64,000 bases of DNA from Bacillota bacterium (GCA_050951805.1 JBMNJT010000002.1:1344001-1408000), one strand, 5' to 3'; shown: positions 39,147 through 49,783, numbered from the stretch's first letter. Made by a program: numbers and translations. The notes: generated by a model from the letters alone, not told the origin.

Positions 39147-39843
39147 GCTGGCTTCCTCGCAGAATGAGCAATCTCAACAATTGAGTGATAGCCGTCGCCG
39201 ACGCCGCAACGTAGGTAAGAGCCGCAGCTTGAAGCACCTGCCTGGCCGCCGGCAATTCATCTTGGGTAATATATCCTCCGTCTGCAAGAAGCGTCAGCGC
39301 TCGCTTGCTTGCGTTGAACTCCACAGGGAGCGTTACCAGTTGAAAGAGTACCGCCCCGGCAAAAAGCCATATCCCGAGGCTCATAAGGAACTGTCCGGTC
39401 TTGTCGTATCCCATCAGCATGCCCAGTATGAACAGGGGAAAGGCCATGTGGGATCCGAAATTGGCCACCGGAAGTATCGCCTGCCTGAAAGCAAGAGGGG
39501 CATAGCCTTGCTTATCCTGCATAGCATGGCCGCTTTCGTGAGCCGCAACAGCCAAAGCAGCTATCGACGATCCGCGGTACACCGCAGGAGAAAGCCTCAC
39601 CTTTTTGGACCTTGGATCGAAATGGTCTCCAAGAGGCGTATTGATGGGCTCAACGCCCACATCGTGTATTCCATTGCTCCTCAAAATGGACTGCGCGACC
39701 TGGCTTCCGGTGAAGCCCGTCTTCGACCTTACCCGCATATAGCGGTTGAAAGTTCCCTGCACCTTGGCCTGAGCGTAAATTGCCAGAAGCAATGCTGGTA
39801 TAACAATAATATAGGTCGGATCATAGTAAAAGTAAAATGGCAA
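39139..39843 (-). CDS. Putative neutral zinc metallopeptidase (YugP family)
   Basis: DHFDP, AVAAHESGHA, TLPVEFNASKRA, AAALTYV. Confidence 0.9.
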   Translation of the reverse strand: MPFYFYYDPTYIIVIPALLLAIYAQAKVQGTFNRYMRVRSKTGFTGSQVAQSILRSNGIHDVGVEPINTPLGDHFDPRSKKVRLSPAVYRGSSIAALAVAAHESGHAMQDKQGYAPLAFRQAILPVANFGSHMAFPLFILGMLMGYDKTGQFLMSLGIWLFAGAVLFQLVTLPVEFNASKRALTLLADGGYITQDELPAARQVLQAAALTYVAASATAITQLLRLLILRGSQRD

Positions 39844-39881
39844 CCCAGATCACCCCTTTCGCATCCACTCTGATGCCTCAT

Positions 39882-40865
39882 TCAACACATGCCAGAGCCG
39901 AACCTGTCGCCATGGGATATCCTGCGGCCCCTGGCGAAATCCGCTGCTGGCATCTGGCGTTTGCCAGCCGGGTGAACCACATCCAAGGCCATCAGTTCGC
40001 AGCCATTCAGTCCGCAAAAGACAATGAGCTCTCCTTCAGGTCCTATTGTTAGCATGCCCGGATATCCTGAGCAAACCGTTTCACCGGCCTCGCCATCTCC
40101 AACCAAAACCGGGGCAATCTCGTGCGCCCGCAGGATGCGCACGGACTGCCCGGCAAAAGAGGTGCGAGCCCCGGGAGCGGGCGACAATGCCCTTATGAGG
40201 TTGCCTATCTCGCGGGCGCTCTTCCGCCAATCTATCTCGAATTCATCAGACGACAGTTTTCGGGCATACGTAGCGGCGGAATGATCCTGCGGAACCCGGG
40301 GCGCTTCCCCACACTCAATTAGACGAAGGAATTTCACAATTAGTTCCCCGCCCAACTCCGCAAGGGCGCATTCAAGCCAACCTCTGTCGACATCCGAAGG
40401 TATGGGCATATCCTGGCAAATCCCGATGTCCCCAGTGTCCCAGCCTTCGTCCATATACATGATGGTGACTCCGGTAACCTGATCACCGTTGATCATTGCC
40501 CGCTCTATGGGAGCAGCTCCCCTGTATTTGGGCAGAAGCGATGGATGGATATTGATGAATCCATGCCGCGGCACCGAAAGAAGCTCTGCGCTGATCTTTT
40601 GTCCGAACGCGGCTAACACCGCAACGTCCGGTGCCATCTCCGCAAAGCCCTCCACGAATTCAGGATCGCTCACCCTCGCCGGCTGCACAACAGGAAGCCC
40701 CAACCTCTCTGCCTCCACCTTCACAGGCGGAGACGCCAACTTGTAGCCTCGGCCCCGAGGCCTGTCAGGCTGGGTCACAACGCATATGATCTCATGTCCT
40801 GCATCTGTCAGCGCACGAAGCGCAGGAACAGCAAACTCCGGAGTTCCCATAAAAACTATTCGCAC
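39882..40865 (-). CDS. fmt: Methionyl-tRNA formyltransferase
   Basis: FMGTPEFA, TQPDRPRGRG, NIHPSLLPKYRGAAPI. Confidence 0.96.
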   Translation of the reverse strand: MRIVFMGTPEFAVPALRALTDAGHEIICVVTQPDRPRGRGYKLASPPVKVEAERLGLPVVQPARVSDPEFVEGFAEMAPDVAVLAAFGQKISAELLSVPRHGFINIHPSLLPKYRGAAPIERAMINGDQVTGVTIMYMDEGWDTGDIGICQDMPIPSDVDRGWLECALAELGGELIVKFLRLIECGEAPRVPQDHSAATYARKLSSDEFEIDWRKSAREIGNLIRALSPAPGARTSFAGQSVRILRAHEIAPVLVGDGEAGETVCSGYPGMLTIGPEGELIVFCGLNGCELMALDVVHPAGKRQMPAADFARGRRISHGDRFGSGMC

Positions 40866-40868
40866 CTG

Positions 40869-41360
40869 TCAGTCTCCCTCACTGCATTGAGATTCCTCGC
40901 ACTCTTCTTCGACAGGCCTAACATTCTCTGCCTTGTCGATGTACAACACCCCATCAAGATGATCTATCTCGTGTTGGAGAATGCGGGCCAAAAAGCCCTT
41001 TCCACGTACAGACACGAGCTTTCCGTCCCTGTCGTAGGCAATGACCTCTACCTCAGCCGATCTTGTGACCGTTCCAATCATTCCCGGCACAGACAAACAG
41101 CCCTCATCGTCCACCGCTTCGCCCCGTCGCCACACGATTTCAGGGTTGAACAACGTGCGGGGACCGTCACCTGCATCAATCACGATCAACCTAACGGGAA
41201 TCCCAACCTGCGGGGCCGCAAGCCCCACTCCTGGAGCGCTATACATCGTCTCGAGCATGTCGCGGGCAAGGTCACGCATCTTGCCATCGATTATCTTGAC
41301 TGGTTTCGCAATTTCCCGAAGCACCGGGTCTCCCTCGGTGCGGATCTCCAAAATCAACAA
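40869..41360 (-). CDS. def: Peptide deformylase
   Basis: GVGLAAPQVG, EGCLSVP, QHEIDHLDG. Confidence 0.96.
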   Translation of the reverse strand: MLILEIRTEGDPVLREIAKPVKIIDGKMRDLARDMLETMYSAPGVGLAAPQVGIPVRLIVIDAGDGPRTLFNPEIVWRRGEAVDDEGCLSVPGMIGTVTRSAEVEVIAYDRDGKLVSVRGKGFLARILQHEIDHLDGVLYIDKAENVRPVEEECEESQCSEGD

Positions 41361-41380
41361 TACGGCCTCCCATTCCTAGC

Positions 41381-43861
41381 TCACAGAATACTTGATGGAT
41401 CCATATCTACGCTTATTGTAACCCCTGCCAACCTAGGCTGGCAACCTGCGGCGGCAACAGCGCGGATGGCATCGGCATCGCTTGAGAAGAGAAGAAGATG
41501 CCACCTATATTTCCCTGCTATGCGTTGAATAGGTGCTGGTGCTGGCCCTATAACCTCAACAGCTCCCCTCGCCACCGGTTCCGTGCCTGTGCACGCCCTC
41601 CTTATCTTGCCTGCAGCCTTGGCTGTCGCAGATTCATCTTCCCCTCTCACTAGTATGCGGGCCATGCGCCGCGCAGGCGGGTAACCCATTTCCCGGCGTG
41701 CAGCGATTTCAGCATCGTAAAATGCACGGTAGTCGTGGGCAGCGGCAGCCATGATGCTATAATGCTCCGGGTTGAATGTCTGGACCACTACCAGCCCGGG
41801 TTCTGATCCCCTTCCCGATCTTCCTGCAACCTGGGATATGAGCTGGAAAGTGCGCTCCGCGGCACGGAAATCGGGAAGGTTTAGACTGGTGTCTGCAGAG
41901 ATGACCCCAACAAGGGTCACATTGGGGAAATCGAGCCCTTTGGCGATCATCTGCGTTCCGATGAGAATATCGGTCCGTCCCGCCCGAAACGCCCCCAAAA
42001 TCGCCCGGTGCGCCCCCTTCCGCCTAGTCGTATCGACATCCATCCGAGCAACCCTCGCGCGGGGAAATTCCTTCCTTACCGCCTCTTCTATGCGCTCAGT
42101 CCCAGTCCCAGAATACTTCATGTTCATCCCGCCGCACACAGGACACACGTCGGGAATAGGCTGCGACCAGTTGCAGTAGTGGCAAACCATTTCCGATGCC
42201 CTTGCATGGTAAGTCAGGGAAACATCGCAATTCGGACACGAAATGGCCTGGCCGCACTCGAGACACATCGCAAAAGTGGAAAACCCGCGCCTGTTCAGAA
42301 AGAGCATTACTTGCTGTCCGGAATCGAGCACCTCCTCCACACTACTCCGAAGAAGGTTGCTGAATACCGACTTGTTTCCCGACTTCATCTCCCGCCTCAT
42401 GTCTACGACGCGGATCTCTGGAAGCGGGCGGTGATCTATGCGCGATGGCAACTCTATCCGTTCACACTCGCCCAATTCGGACAACTCATACGTTTCAAGG
42501 GCCGGAGTAGCCGAACCCAAGACGACAGTGGCGCCGACCTGCTTTGCCCTGAAAATCGCTACGTCCCTGGCGTTATAGCGAGGGGAGTCGTCTTGCTTAT
42601 ATGAAGAATCGTGTTCCTCGTCGACAATAATGATGCCCAGCGACGGCACTGGTGCGAACACCGCTGATCTGGCGCCAACTACCACATCTGCATCTCCTGC
42701 ACGAGCCCGCTCCCATTCATCAAGCCGTTCCCCAGCGCCCAACGCGCTGTGGAGCAGAGCGACCCTGTCGCCGAACCGCCCCATCACAACGTCGACCATC
42801 TGCGGGGTGAGTGATATGTCAGGGACTAGCAGGATGCCTTGCTTTCCCCTGTCTATCACGTGCTGGATCGCGCGAAGATAGACCTCCGTCTTGCCAGACC
42901 CGGTCACCCCATGGAGCAAAACCACGCCTCCCCCGTTCTCCGCGACATCAGTTATCCTGTTTACGGCATGCTCCTGATCGTCAGTGAGCACGGGAGGCAC
43001 CGATTTCTCTATTTGAAGGCCTGCAGTGGGATCCCGCTGAATCGCCACATCCATTCGTTCGAGCATCCCGTCGCGAACGAGAGCATCAACAACAGATGAC
43101 GAACATCCTGCCCTCTCCAGAAGCTCTGCCCTGGGAATCGCCAGTCCTTTGGTCCCCGTTTTGTCGATGTCCTCGGCGAATACCCTCATAACGGCTGCCC
43201 GCGCTGGACTGCCCGGAGCAAGACTTAACGCCAAAGCTTGCGGGTCTATCTCCTTGCTGGCCAAACGAAACGCCCTTACAGTCCGAGGACGAACCCTGGG
43301 CGGCGCCCACATAGTGTCCGTCTCGACCAAACCGGCCTTTGTAAGAGCAGATATAGGTCTTGTAATGTCTGCAATCTCCAATGAAGAAGCTATCTCGTCC
43401 CTTCGCGCGCTCCCTCCGCATTCCACGAGGTAATCGAAGACTTCCTTGGCTGCACCTGAAATCTTCGCCCCTTCCGCATCCTCATCTGTCGCACACACGC
43501 GCACTATTGTGGATGATTCCAGCTTCGTGCCTGACGGCACCAAAGCCCGAAGCGCCTCGATCAACAGACACATGTATTCATCCGCCATCCATCTGGCCAC
43601 GGCGAGCAAGTCTTCCGGGACAGGCGGCGCACTCTTGACGCACGCAGTTATCGGCTTCACCTTTGCCACGGCAGGTTTTTCCGTTCTGGCAACGACAAAG
43701 CCCTCAACAGATCTGGGTCCGAAGGGCACCACGACCCTCGACCCAGGCACGATCTTGTCCATTAAGTTGTCAGGAATTATATAGTCGTAACACTTGTCCA
43801 CCCTGCGGGCAGGCACGTCCACAACCACCTGAGCATATCTTCCGTCCAAGGTGGCCGTCAC
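41381..43861 (-). CDS. priA: Primosomal protein N' (PriA)
   Basis: GVTGSGKTEVY, DEEHD, SATP, two Cys-rich Zn knuckles, GTQMIAKGLDFP, QVAGRSGR. Confidence 0.96.
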   Translation of the reverse strand: MTATLDGRYAQVVVDVPARRVDKCYDYIIPDNLMDKIVPGSRVVVPFGPRSVEGFVVARTEKPAVAKVKPITACVKSAPPVPEDLLAVARWMADEYMCLLIEALRALVPSGTKLESSTIVRVCATDEDAEGAKISGAAKEVFDYLVECGGSARRDEIASSLEIADITRPISALTKAGLVETDTMWAPPRVRPRTVRAFRLASKEIDPQALALSLAPGSPARAAVMRVFAEDIDKTGTKGLAIPRAELLERAGCSSSVVDALVRDGMLERMDVAIQRDPTAGLQIEKSVPPVLTDDQEHAVNRITDVAENGGGVVLLHGVTGSGKTEVYLRAIQHVIDRGKQGILLVPDISLTPQMVDVVMGRFGDRVALLHSALGAGERLDEWERARAGDADVVVGARSAVFAPVPSLGIIIVDEEHDSSYKQDDSPRYNARDVAIFRAKQVGATVVLGSATPALETYELSELGECERIELPSRIDHRPLPEIRVVDMRREMKSGNKSVFSNLLRSSVEEVLDSGQQVMLFLNRRGFSTFAMCLECGQAISCPNCDVSLTYHARASEMVCHYCNWSQPIPDVCPVCGGMNMKYSGTGTERIEEAVRKEFPRARVARMDVDTTRRKGAHRAILGAFRAGRTDILIGTQMIAKGLDFPNVTLVGVISADTSLNLPDFRAAERTFQLISQVAGRSGRGSEPGLVVVQTFNPEHYSIMAAAAHDYRAFYDAEIAARREMGYPPARRMARILVRGEDESATAKAAGKIRRACTGTEPVARGAVEVIGPAPAPIQRIAGKYRWHLLLFSSDADAIRAVAAAGCQPRLAGVTISVDMDPSSIL

Positions 43862-44343
43862 CTCTCATCTATGTCTCCAAGGATCTTTCTTTCAAGGGTT
43901 CTTTTGAATCGGGTGTGCGGAAGCTCCCGGTCACTGAGGGGCAAGACTAATACAGAGTATATCCCGAGCCTATTCGCGCCGCGAATGTCGGTAAAAAGCT
44001 GGTCTCCAACCATCACCGTAGAATCAGCGTCAGTTCCAAGCTTGCGCATGGCACGCCTGTAGCCCCACGCCCACGGCTTAACCCAACCCCGAACGGCGCC
44101 CACATCGAGTTCGCGGCTGAACCAATCGGCGCGGGCGCCGTAGTTGTTGGTTAGGATGCACAGGTGGAAGCCCCTGGCCTTGGCCTCCTCAATCCACTCG
44201 CGAACTGGACCGGGAATGTCGTAACTGCCCCAAGGAGCCAAGGTATTATCGATATCCAGAATGATACCTGATATTCCCCTTGCAAGAAGATCATCCAGGT
44301 CGATTTCCCATACTCCGGATACTCGAAGGTCTGGTTTAAGCAG
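43858..44343 (-). CDS. yqeG: YqeG-family HAD phosphatase (probable CTG start)
   Basis: LDIDNTL, LTNN, KP, VGDQLFTD; SD AGGAGG at 44353-44358 lies 9 nt from in-frame CTG 44343; extended -10 TGGTATAAT at 44372-44380. Confidence 0.88.
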   Translation of the reverse strand: MLKPDLRVSGVWEIDLDDLLARGISGIILDIDNTLAPWGSYDIPGPVREWIEEAKARGFHLCILTNNYGARADWFSRELDVGAVRGWVKPWAWGYRRAMRKLGTDADSTVMVGDQLFTDIRGANRLGIYSVLVLPLSDRELPHTRFKRTLERKILGDIDER

Positions 44344-44600
44344 GTCATCATTCCTCCTCTCGCCATAGCCCATTATACCATGGCAAAACCTCATTCTGCG
44401 ATGCGTACGCCCACAGCCCGCACGGACCCATAGACGTTTATCGTCGCCTCAGAATGCGCTACAGGTGAGTGCGGCCTCAGCGAGAGGAGTCGCATGTGCT
44501 AATTGGTGGCCGGGCAGCCGGCTCGTTGCGGAATCTCCATGGCAGATCAGGTGCCAATCGAGAACTGGAATAGGCCGTATGGGTGTCGCCGACTCGGATG

Positions 44601-45305
44601 CTAGCTGGGTGTGGACATCTCTTTCATCAGTTTGGCCAGAGCACGCTTCTCTATCCTCGACACATAAGATCTCGATATCCCCAATGCGCGCGAAATCTCT
44701 CTCTGGGTCTGACGGCGCCCTTCTCCCATGCCGAATCTGAGTTCCAACACTCTCCGTTCCCGTGGCGACAGCTTCGCAAGCTTCTCCACAAGTCTCTCCT
44801 GTTCCACCTTAGACTCCACAATATCCGCAACGGTGTCGCCCCCATTGGTGAGCACGTCCATGAGGATTATCTCATTGCCTTCCTTGTCGGCGCCTATTGG
44901 GTCATATAGCGACAATTCTCCCCGGTTCTTTCGTCCTGAGCGCAAATGCATAAGTATCTCGTTTTCAATGCACCGTGCTGCGTATGTCGCAAGTTTCGTC
45001 TTCTTCTGCCTATCGAAGGTGTTTATCGCTTTGATCAATCCGATGGCACCGATGGATATGAGGTCGTCAGTATCTTCGCCGACCACGTCATACTTCTTAA
45101 CTACGTACGCGACTAGTCTCAGGTTGCGCTCAACCAGTATGTTGCGGGCCTCTTCGTCCCCGGCCTCTTTCCTTTCCAGCATCTGGCGTTCTTCATCTTC
45201 TGTGAGCGGGGGCGGGAAAGCGCCGTTTCCCGCAACGTAAGAATGGAGAAGCATGAGCCCTCTTGTGAGAAGGTCTGCAAAAGCAACAAGGGCGCTGGAG
45301 ATCAA
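44601..45305 (-). CDS. sigK: Pro-sigmaK sporulation sigma factor, uninterrupted (no skin element)
   Basis: Hydrophobic pro-sequence ending LHSYV, NLRLVAYVVKKY, LATYAARCIENEILM, DPIGADKEGNEI, ISRSYVSRIEK. Confidence 0.95.
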   Translation of the reverse strand: MISSALVAFADLLTRGLMLLHSYVAGNGAFPPPLTEDEERQMLERKEAGDEEARNILVERNLRLVAYVVKKYDVVGEDTDDLISIGAIGLIKAINTFDRQKKTKLATYAARCIENEILMHLRSGRKNRGELSLYDPIGADKEGNEIILMDVLTNGGDTVADIVESKVEQERLVEKLAKLSPRERRVLELRFGMGEGRRQTQREISRALGISRSYVSRIEKRALAKLMKEMSTPS

Positions 45306-45346
45306 GACAGGCCACCTCCGTCCCTCAACGCTTTGTGATACAGATT

Positions 45347-45375
45347 TAGCTTATGAGTAAACGAGGGATTCGGTG
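45347..45375 (-). promoter_or_regulatory. SigmaK/E promoter of sigK
   Basis: CACC-N16-CATAAGCTA. Confidence 0.6.
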
Positions 45376-45408
45376 CACGTCCGAGGTGCGCCGGTACTAA
45401 CAACTAGG

Positions 45409-47133
45409 CTAGCCGAAAAACCCGAGGACTTCGTCACAAATATCTCCGAATATGGGGGCTGCAAGATCTGCACCTGATTCCGCCCCTTCCACCAGCACCG
45501 AAATGACAACTTTGGGATGGTCGGCTGGCGCGAATCCGGCAAACCAAGCATTGTAGATGGGCTGTCCTGTCTCTGTAACCCTGCCTGTCTGGGCGGTTCC
45601 TGTCTTGCCAGCCGCATTCAGTCCCCCCAGCGCATCTTGCGCGGTCCCATAGGATACCACCCCTGACAACATGGAGCGAAGTTTGGAGGCGACACCGGAA
45701 TCGAGCGCGCGGGCAGCCTCCCAGTCCATCTTCATTACCCTGCCTGATGTGGAGTGCACTGCCTCGAGCACCAAAGTCGGATGACGCAAGATCCCGTCAT
45801 TAGCCACGGCGCACATCATCGTCGCGACCTCCAGAGGCGTCACCTTAACAACCGATTGTCCCAGGGCGAAGTTGGCTAGCTCTGCAGCGGCCATGCGCGC
45901 CTGTCGAGGGGGAGTCTGGCCTGTGGACACATTTGGAAGGTATGTTGATGCAGCAACCTCGTAGCTCCCTATTCCCAGGGCTCTAGCGGCGTCCACGATA
46001 GGCCCGGGGCCCACGGCAAGGGCTGCATCGACGAACGCGGTATTGCAGGAGTATGCCATGGCATCCGCGAATGTGATGTCGCCGTGACCTCCACGTTCGA
46101 AAGCATGGCATCTGAACGTGTGTCCGCCTGCCTGTATCGCCCCTGAATCATGGTAGACAGATCCCGGCATCCTCGCGCCTTCGTTTAATGCGGCAGCCGC
46201 AACCACGACCTTGAAGATTGAGCCAGGGTAGTAGGGATAGACAGCTCTATTGAGCAATGGCGCATCGGCGCGAGCCAGAGAGCTCGAAACGTCGTTCTGA
46301 TCATACGACGGGCGGGATGCCATTGCCATAACCTGGCCAGTCCATGGGTCCATAACCACCACTGCCCCGGCCAGTCCAGGAGCGCGCCTGTCGAATGCTC
46401 GCTCTACTGCCTCCTGAACGCGCCGGTCTATAGAGAGCCTTACCCAACCAGGCTCCTCTCCTGCCACAGCCAATCGGACTCCAAGGCCAGGTATTTCCTT
46501 GCCTCTGGAATCGCACATCGCCCGAACCACGTCCCTACCCTGCCCGCCACCACCAAGGAAGCGTTCGAAGGCGAGTTCTATTCCCTCTGCGCCAACCTGT
46601 GACCCCGTAAGGTAGCCAACTACATGCGAGGCTAGCCCAGACCACCGGCTGGGAATACTGATGGGGACAATGCCTGTAACTGCCTTCGCCATGCCGACAA
46701 TCTCCTTGCGATCGTATCCGGGAAGCCGGATAACTCGCGGGGCTCCATCAAGCACGCCCGGGATCATGCGCTCGAGCTTATCCAAACTGTCTCCCGGCCC
46801 GCTAATCGATTGGGGGAATATGGCGACTGCCAGAGCAGCGCAGTCTTCGCCTAAATCGCCACCCAATCCAATAGAGGTGCCACCAGCAAGTAGCTCCATG
46901 TTTCTGTCGAAGATCGGCCCTCTTGCGAGTCGGATCACGGCGTCTACAGACCTCTGCTCCACTGCTTTTGCCGCCAAAGGCCGGCCTCTTACCAATGAAA
47001 TCCAGGCGAGGCGAACCAGAAGCAATCCAAAGCACACAATAACGAGGCCAATTAGGAAATTAAGCCTTGAAGCGTTTCGTCTCGTTGCACCCACCCCCCA
47101 TCCTATCATTCCCCCAAAACCTTCAGGAAGCAT
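45409..47133 (-). CDS. Class B penicillin-binding protein (PbpI/YrrR-like)
   Basis: N-terminal TM, RGPIFDRN, PGSIFK (SxxK), SCN (SxN), GKTGTAQ (KTG); udk-pbp-sigK synteny. Confidence 0.92.
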   Translation of the reverse strand: MLPEGFGGMIGWGVGATRRNASRLNFLIGLVIVCFGLLLVRLAWISLVRGRPLAAKAVEQRSVDAVIRLARGPIFDRNMELLAGGTSIGLGGDLGEDCAALAVAIFPQSISGPGDSLDKLERMIPGVLDGAPRVIRLPGYDRKEIVGMAKAVTGIVPISIPSRWSGLASHVVGYLTGSQVGAEGIELAFERFLGGGGQGRDVVRAMCDSRGKEIPGLGVRLAVAGEEPGWVRLSIDRRVQEAVERAFDRRAPGLAGAVVVMDPWTGQVMAMASRPSYDQNDVSSSLARADAPLLNRAVYPYYPGSIFKVVVAAAALNEGARMPGSVYHDSGAIQAGGHTFRCHAFERGGHGDITFADAMAYSCNTAFVDAALAVGPGPIVDAARALGIGSYEVAASTYLPNVSTGQTPPRQARMAAAELANFALGQSVVKVTPLEVATMMCAVANDGILRHPTLVLEAVHSTSGRVMKMDWEAARALDSGVASKLRSMLSGVVSYGTAQDALGGLNAAGKTGTAQTGRVTETGQPIYNAWFAGFAPADHPKVVISVLVEGAESGADLAAPIFGDICDEVLGFFG

Positions 47134-47237
47134 CCATCACGGCTCAGAGGAGAGGATGGTGAAGAGGCTCGATGACTGGCCAAAAGGAGTTGGGCTCGGT
47201 CCCTAAGCTCTCGGAGTGGTCAGATGTTCTTTGAGAC

Positions 47238-47266
47238 TTGCCCAGACTGATCAATCTGGGCAAAAG
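47238..47266. terminator. Stem-loop downstream of udk
   Basis: TTGCCCAGA-ctgatcaa-TCTGGGCAA. Confidence 0.5.
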
Positions 47267-47270
47267 CCCG

Positions 47271-47909
47271 TCAATCTGAACTGATTGCCGACTTGAGCCT
47301 CGCGATAAGCAACTCTATTGCCACTTGATTGAACCCGCCTTCAGGAATGATGAAGTCCGCATATCTCTTATTGGGCTCCACGAACTGCAGGTGCATAGGA
47401 CGAACTACATCTAGGTATTGCTCCACCACTGAATCCACCGTTCTGCCCCGCTCCTTGATATCGCGCATCAATCGTCTGATAAATCTCACATCGGGGTCGG
47501 CGTCCACATAAGCCTTGATATCCATGAGGGCGCGCAACCGAGGGTCTTCTAGTATGAGAATGCCTTCAAGCACTATGACGGGCGCAGGATCGACTCGCTC
47601 AGTCTGTGGGGTGCGGGTATAGGATTCAAAGGAATACACGGGCTTTTCTACCGGTTTGCCCTCTATGAGAGTTTCGATGTGTGATATGTAAAGATCGGTA
47701 TCGAACGCGAACGGATGGTCATAATTGGTCTTCAACCTCTCTTCGAAGCTGAGGTGGCTCTGGTCACGATAGTAGGCATCGTGTTCAAGGACTGCTACGG
47801 CATCCCCAAAAGCTTGCGAGACTGATCTGACCACTGTGGTTTTACCTGAACCTGATCCTCCCGCGATCCCCACCACTAGTACTTCATCTGACATTTGGAA
47901 TTCTTGCAC
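47271..47909 (-). CDS. udk: Uridine kinase
   Basis: [35 protein letters not shown]. Confidence 0.96.
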   Translation of the reverse strand: MQEFQMSDEVLVVGIAGGSGSGKTTVVRSVSQAFGDAVAVLEHDAYYRDQSHLSFEERLKTNYDHPFAFDTDLYISHIETLIEGKPVEKPVYSFESYTRTPQTERVDPAPVIVLEGILILEDPRLRALMDIKAYVDADPDVRFIRRLMRDIKERGRTVDSVVEQYLDVVRPMHLQFVEPNKRYADFIIPEGGFNQVAIELLIARLKSAISSD

Positions 47910-47927
47910 CGCCTTGTGTTGCCCCTG

Positions 47928-48986
47928 TCATCGCGACGACCGCGAGTCTCTCTCGATTCTTGCCTTCGCCCGGAGATGCTCGCTGTATGTCTTGGTGAAT
48001 ACGTGGCTGCCATCGCTTGCAGCAACAAAATAGAGGTAATCGCCGGGCTCGGGATTGAGCACGGCCTCAATAGATGCCAGGCCTGGATTGCAGATCGGGC
48101 CGGGCGGAAGTCCCATATTAATGTAGGTGTTGTAGGGCGAATCAATCTCCAAATCCGGGTTGAGGAGGTGCTCTTTCGGGACGGGAAGAGCATACTGGAC
48201 CGTGGCGCAGCTCTGCAACTTCATCTGTTTCTGGAGACGGTTAAGAAACACCCGCGCTATAATCGGCCTCTCTTCCGGGTGCTTCGCTTCCCGCTCAACG
48301 ATGGACGCCAAAATCAACGTTTCCCTGTCCGTCAGGGACATGGGACGTGATGGATGATGGTCAAACGCAGCCTGCGCAGTATGTTGGAATCTTCTCAACA
48401 TGGTTCGAACGATGCGGAGAGCGCCCACTCCATTGGCAAACTCGTAAGTATCAGGGAAAAGATATCCTTCCAACGATGATTGGTCAGCTACAAACGGAAA
48501 TTCCTCGGCTAGGTCGTGCGGAGGATTGTTAACCAGAGCAAGGAGCTCTTCCCTGTCAGCAAGTCCGCGCTCGTGGAAAATATCGGCTATCTGCAACGCG
48601 GTCAGGCCTTCCGGTATCGTTACTCTGACTGTGACTACTCTTCCGCTAGCTATGGCATCTAGAATGCTGGCAACGCTTTCGCCCTGTATGAACTCATATT
48701 CCCCGGCTTTGAGCGACGAGTCCTTACCAGAAAACCGAGCCATGGCATCAAACATGACGCTCGAACGGATGAGTCCGTCTTCTTTAAGGATTGCGGCGAT
48801 CTTAGACGCTGACGCACCGTCCGGCAAAACGACTCTGACTCGAACTTCAGCACCCTCTTCAGGCGAAACACCCCTGGACGCCCATATCGCCCACGCGCCT
48901 GCTGTCACGAGTAAAGCCATAAGAAAAACCAACGGCCACGCCAACCGCCTACGGGCTCTTTCTCTGGTCTGAACAGTACCCGGCAT
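47928..48986 (-). CDS. mltG: Endolytic transglycosylase MltG (YrrL)
   Basis: TM anchor, LKAGEY, TIPEG, LEGYLFPDTY, LASIVERE, SPYNTY, GLPPGPI; start refined to ATG 48986. Confidence 0.94.
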   Translation of the reverse strand: MPGTVQTRERARRRLAWPLVFLMALLVTAGAWAIWASRGVSPEEGAEVRVRVVLPDGASASKIAAILKEDGLIRSSVMFDAMARFSGKDSSLKAGEYEFIQGESVASILDAIASGRVVTVRVTIPEGLTALQIADIFHERGLADREELLALVNNPPHDLAEEFPFVADQSSLEGYLFPDTYEFANGVGALRIVRTMLRRFQHTAQAAFDHHPSRPMSLTDRETLILASIVEREAKHPEERPIIARVFLNRLQKQMKLQSCATVQYALPVPKEHLLNPDLEIDSPYNTYINMGLPPGPICNPGLASIEAVLNPEPGDYLYFVAASDGSHVFTKTYSEHLRAKARIERDSRSSR

Positions 48987-49230
48987 TCTGAAGGCCCCCC
49001 GTCCCCTATTATGTGCACCCCTGGGACCAACAATAATTATAGGGTCAACCGCGTTGTTGTGCAAGGAAGCTCGGCATGATCCGCAACAATATGGCGACTG
49101 ATTCCTCCGACTTCAATGGGGGCCTTTTCAGACAAACGAAAGGTGAGGCAGATTGGATGTCTCCGAAACGGCCTTTTGCGGCATTTCGCATGCGGGATAC
49201 AGTCCCACGTAAAACAGCAACGAAACGCTG

Positions 49231-49270
49231 AAAAAATGGTGACGCCAGGCCGATTACCTGGCGTCACCAT
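49231..49270 (-). terminator. Intrinsic terminator after the DUF1292 gene
   Basis: ATGGTGACGCCAGG-taatcgg-CCTGGCGTCACCAT-TTTTT on the minus strand. Confidence 0.85.
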
Positions 49271-49315
49271 ACTTATTGCTTTCGGCTGCCCCAATTGCGC
49301 CCGCGCTAGAGGCGG

Positions 49316-49633
49316 CTACATGTCTTCGTCGTCATCCTCACCGTAGTCATCATCAAGAAAATCGTCGTCGAAGGCTTCCAAGGCTTCGAGGACCCTCTCA
49401 TACTCCTCATCGTCTTCAATGTCTGTGAAGTACTCTTCTCCATCGTCATCAACTTCGATTCGGAATATAAAGGCCTCCTCGCAGACATCCTCGTCCTCCA
49501 GCTCGTCCAGGCACTCTGCCGGCACGAGTATAGCGTACCGCGTCTCGTCCACCTCTACAATGTCATCGATTGCGAAATCCTGCTCCTCACCATTCTCATC
49601 AACTAGCGTGACGATGCTTACCTCGTCTGGCAT
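49316..49633 (-). CDS. DUF1292 (YrzB) family acidic protein
   Basis: VTLVDENGEE..YAILVP..IEDDEEYERV; ruvX-yrzB-mltG synteny. Confidence 0.9.
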   Translation of the reverse strand: MPDEVSIVTLVDENGEEQDFAIDDIVEVDETRYAILVPAECLDELEDEDVCEEAFIFRIEVDDDGEEYFTDIEDDEEYERVLEALEAFDDDFLDDDYGEDDDEDM

Positions 49634-49783
49634 CTCGATCACTCCAATCTAGCCCTATTTTGTTCGCCAAGACAGTACTCTACGCACACAAGGACAACTC
49701 GTTCTATCCGCGATTCCTGTTTTTCCTGTCCTCCAGGTCAATGCCGCCGGAACTGTCCGGCGGGCGCAGGGCTGACTCCCAAC

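Noticed and set aside
44601-45305. Looked for a skin-type element interrupting sigK
   Set aside because: The ORF is continuous and full length, with no recombinase nearby
49690-49735. SigmaH-like ACAGGAAA..ATAGAAC upstream of the DUF1292 gene
   Set aside because: The spacer is one base longer than in the four matching sites, so it was not counted
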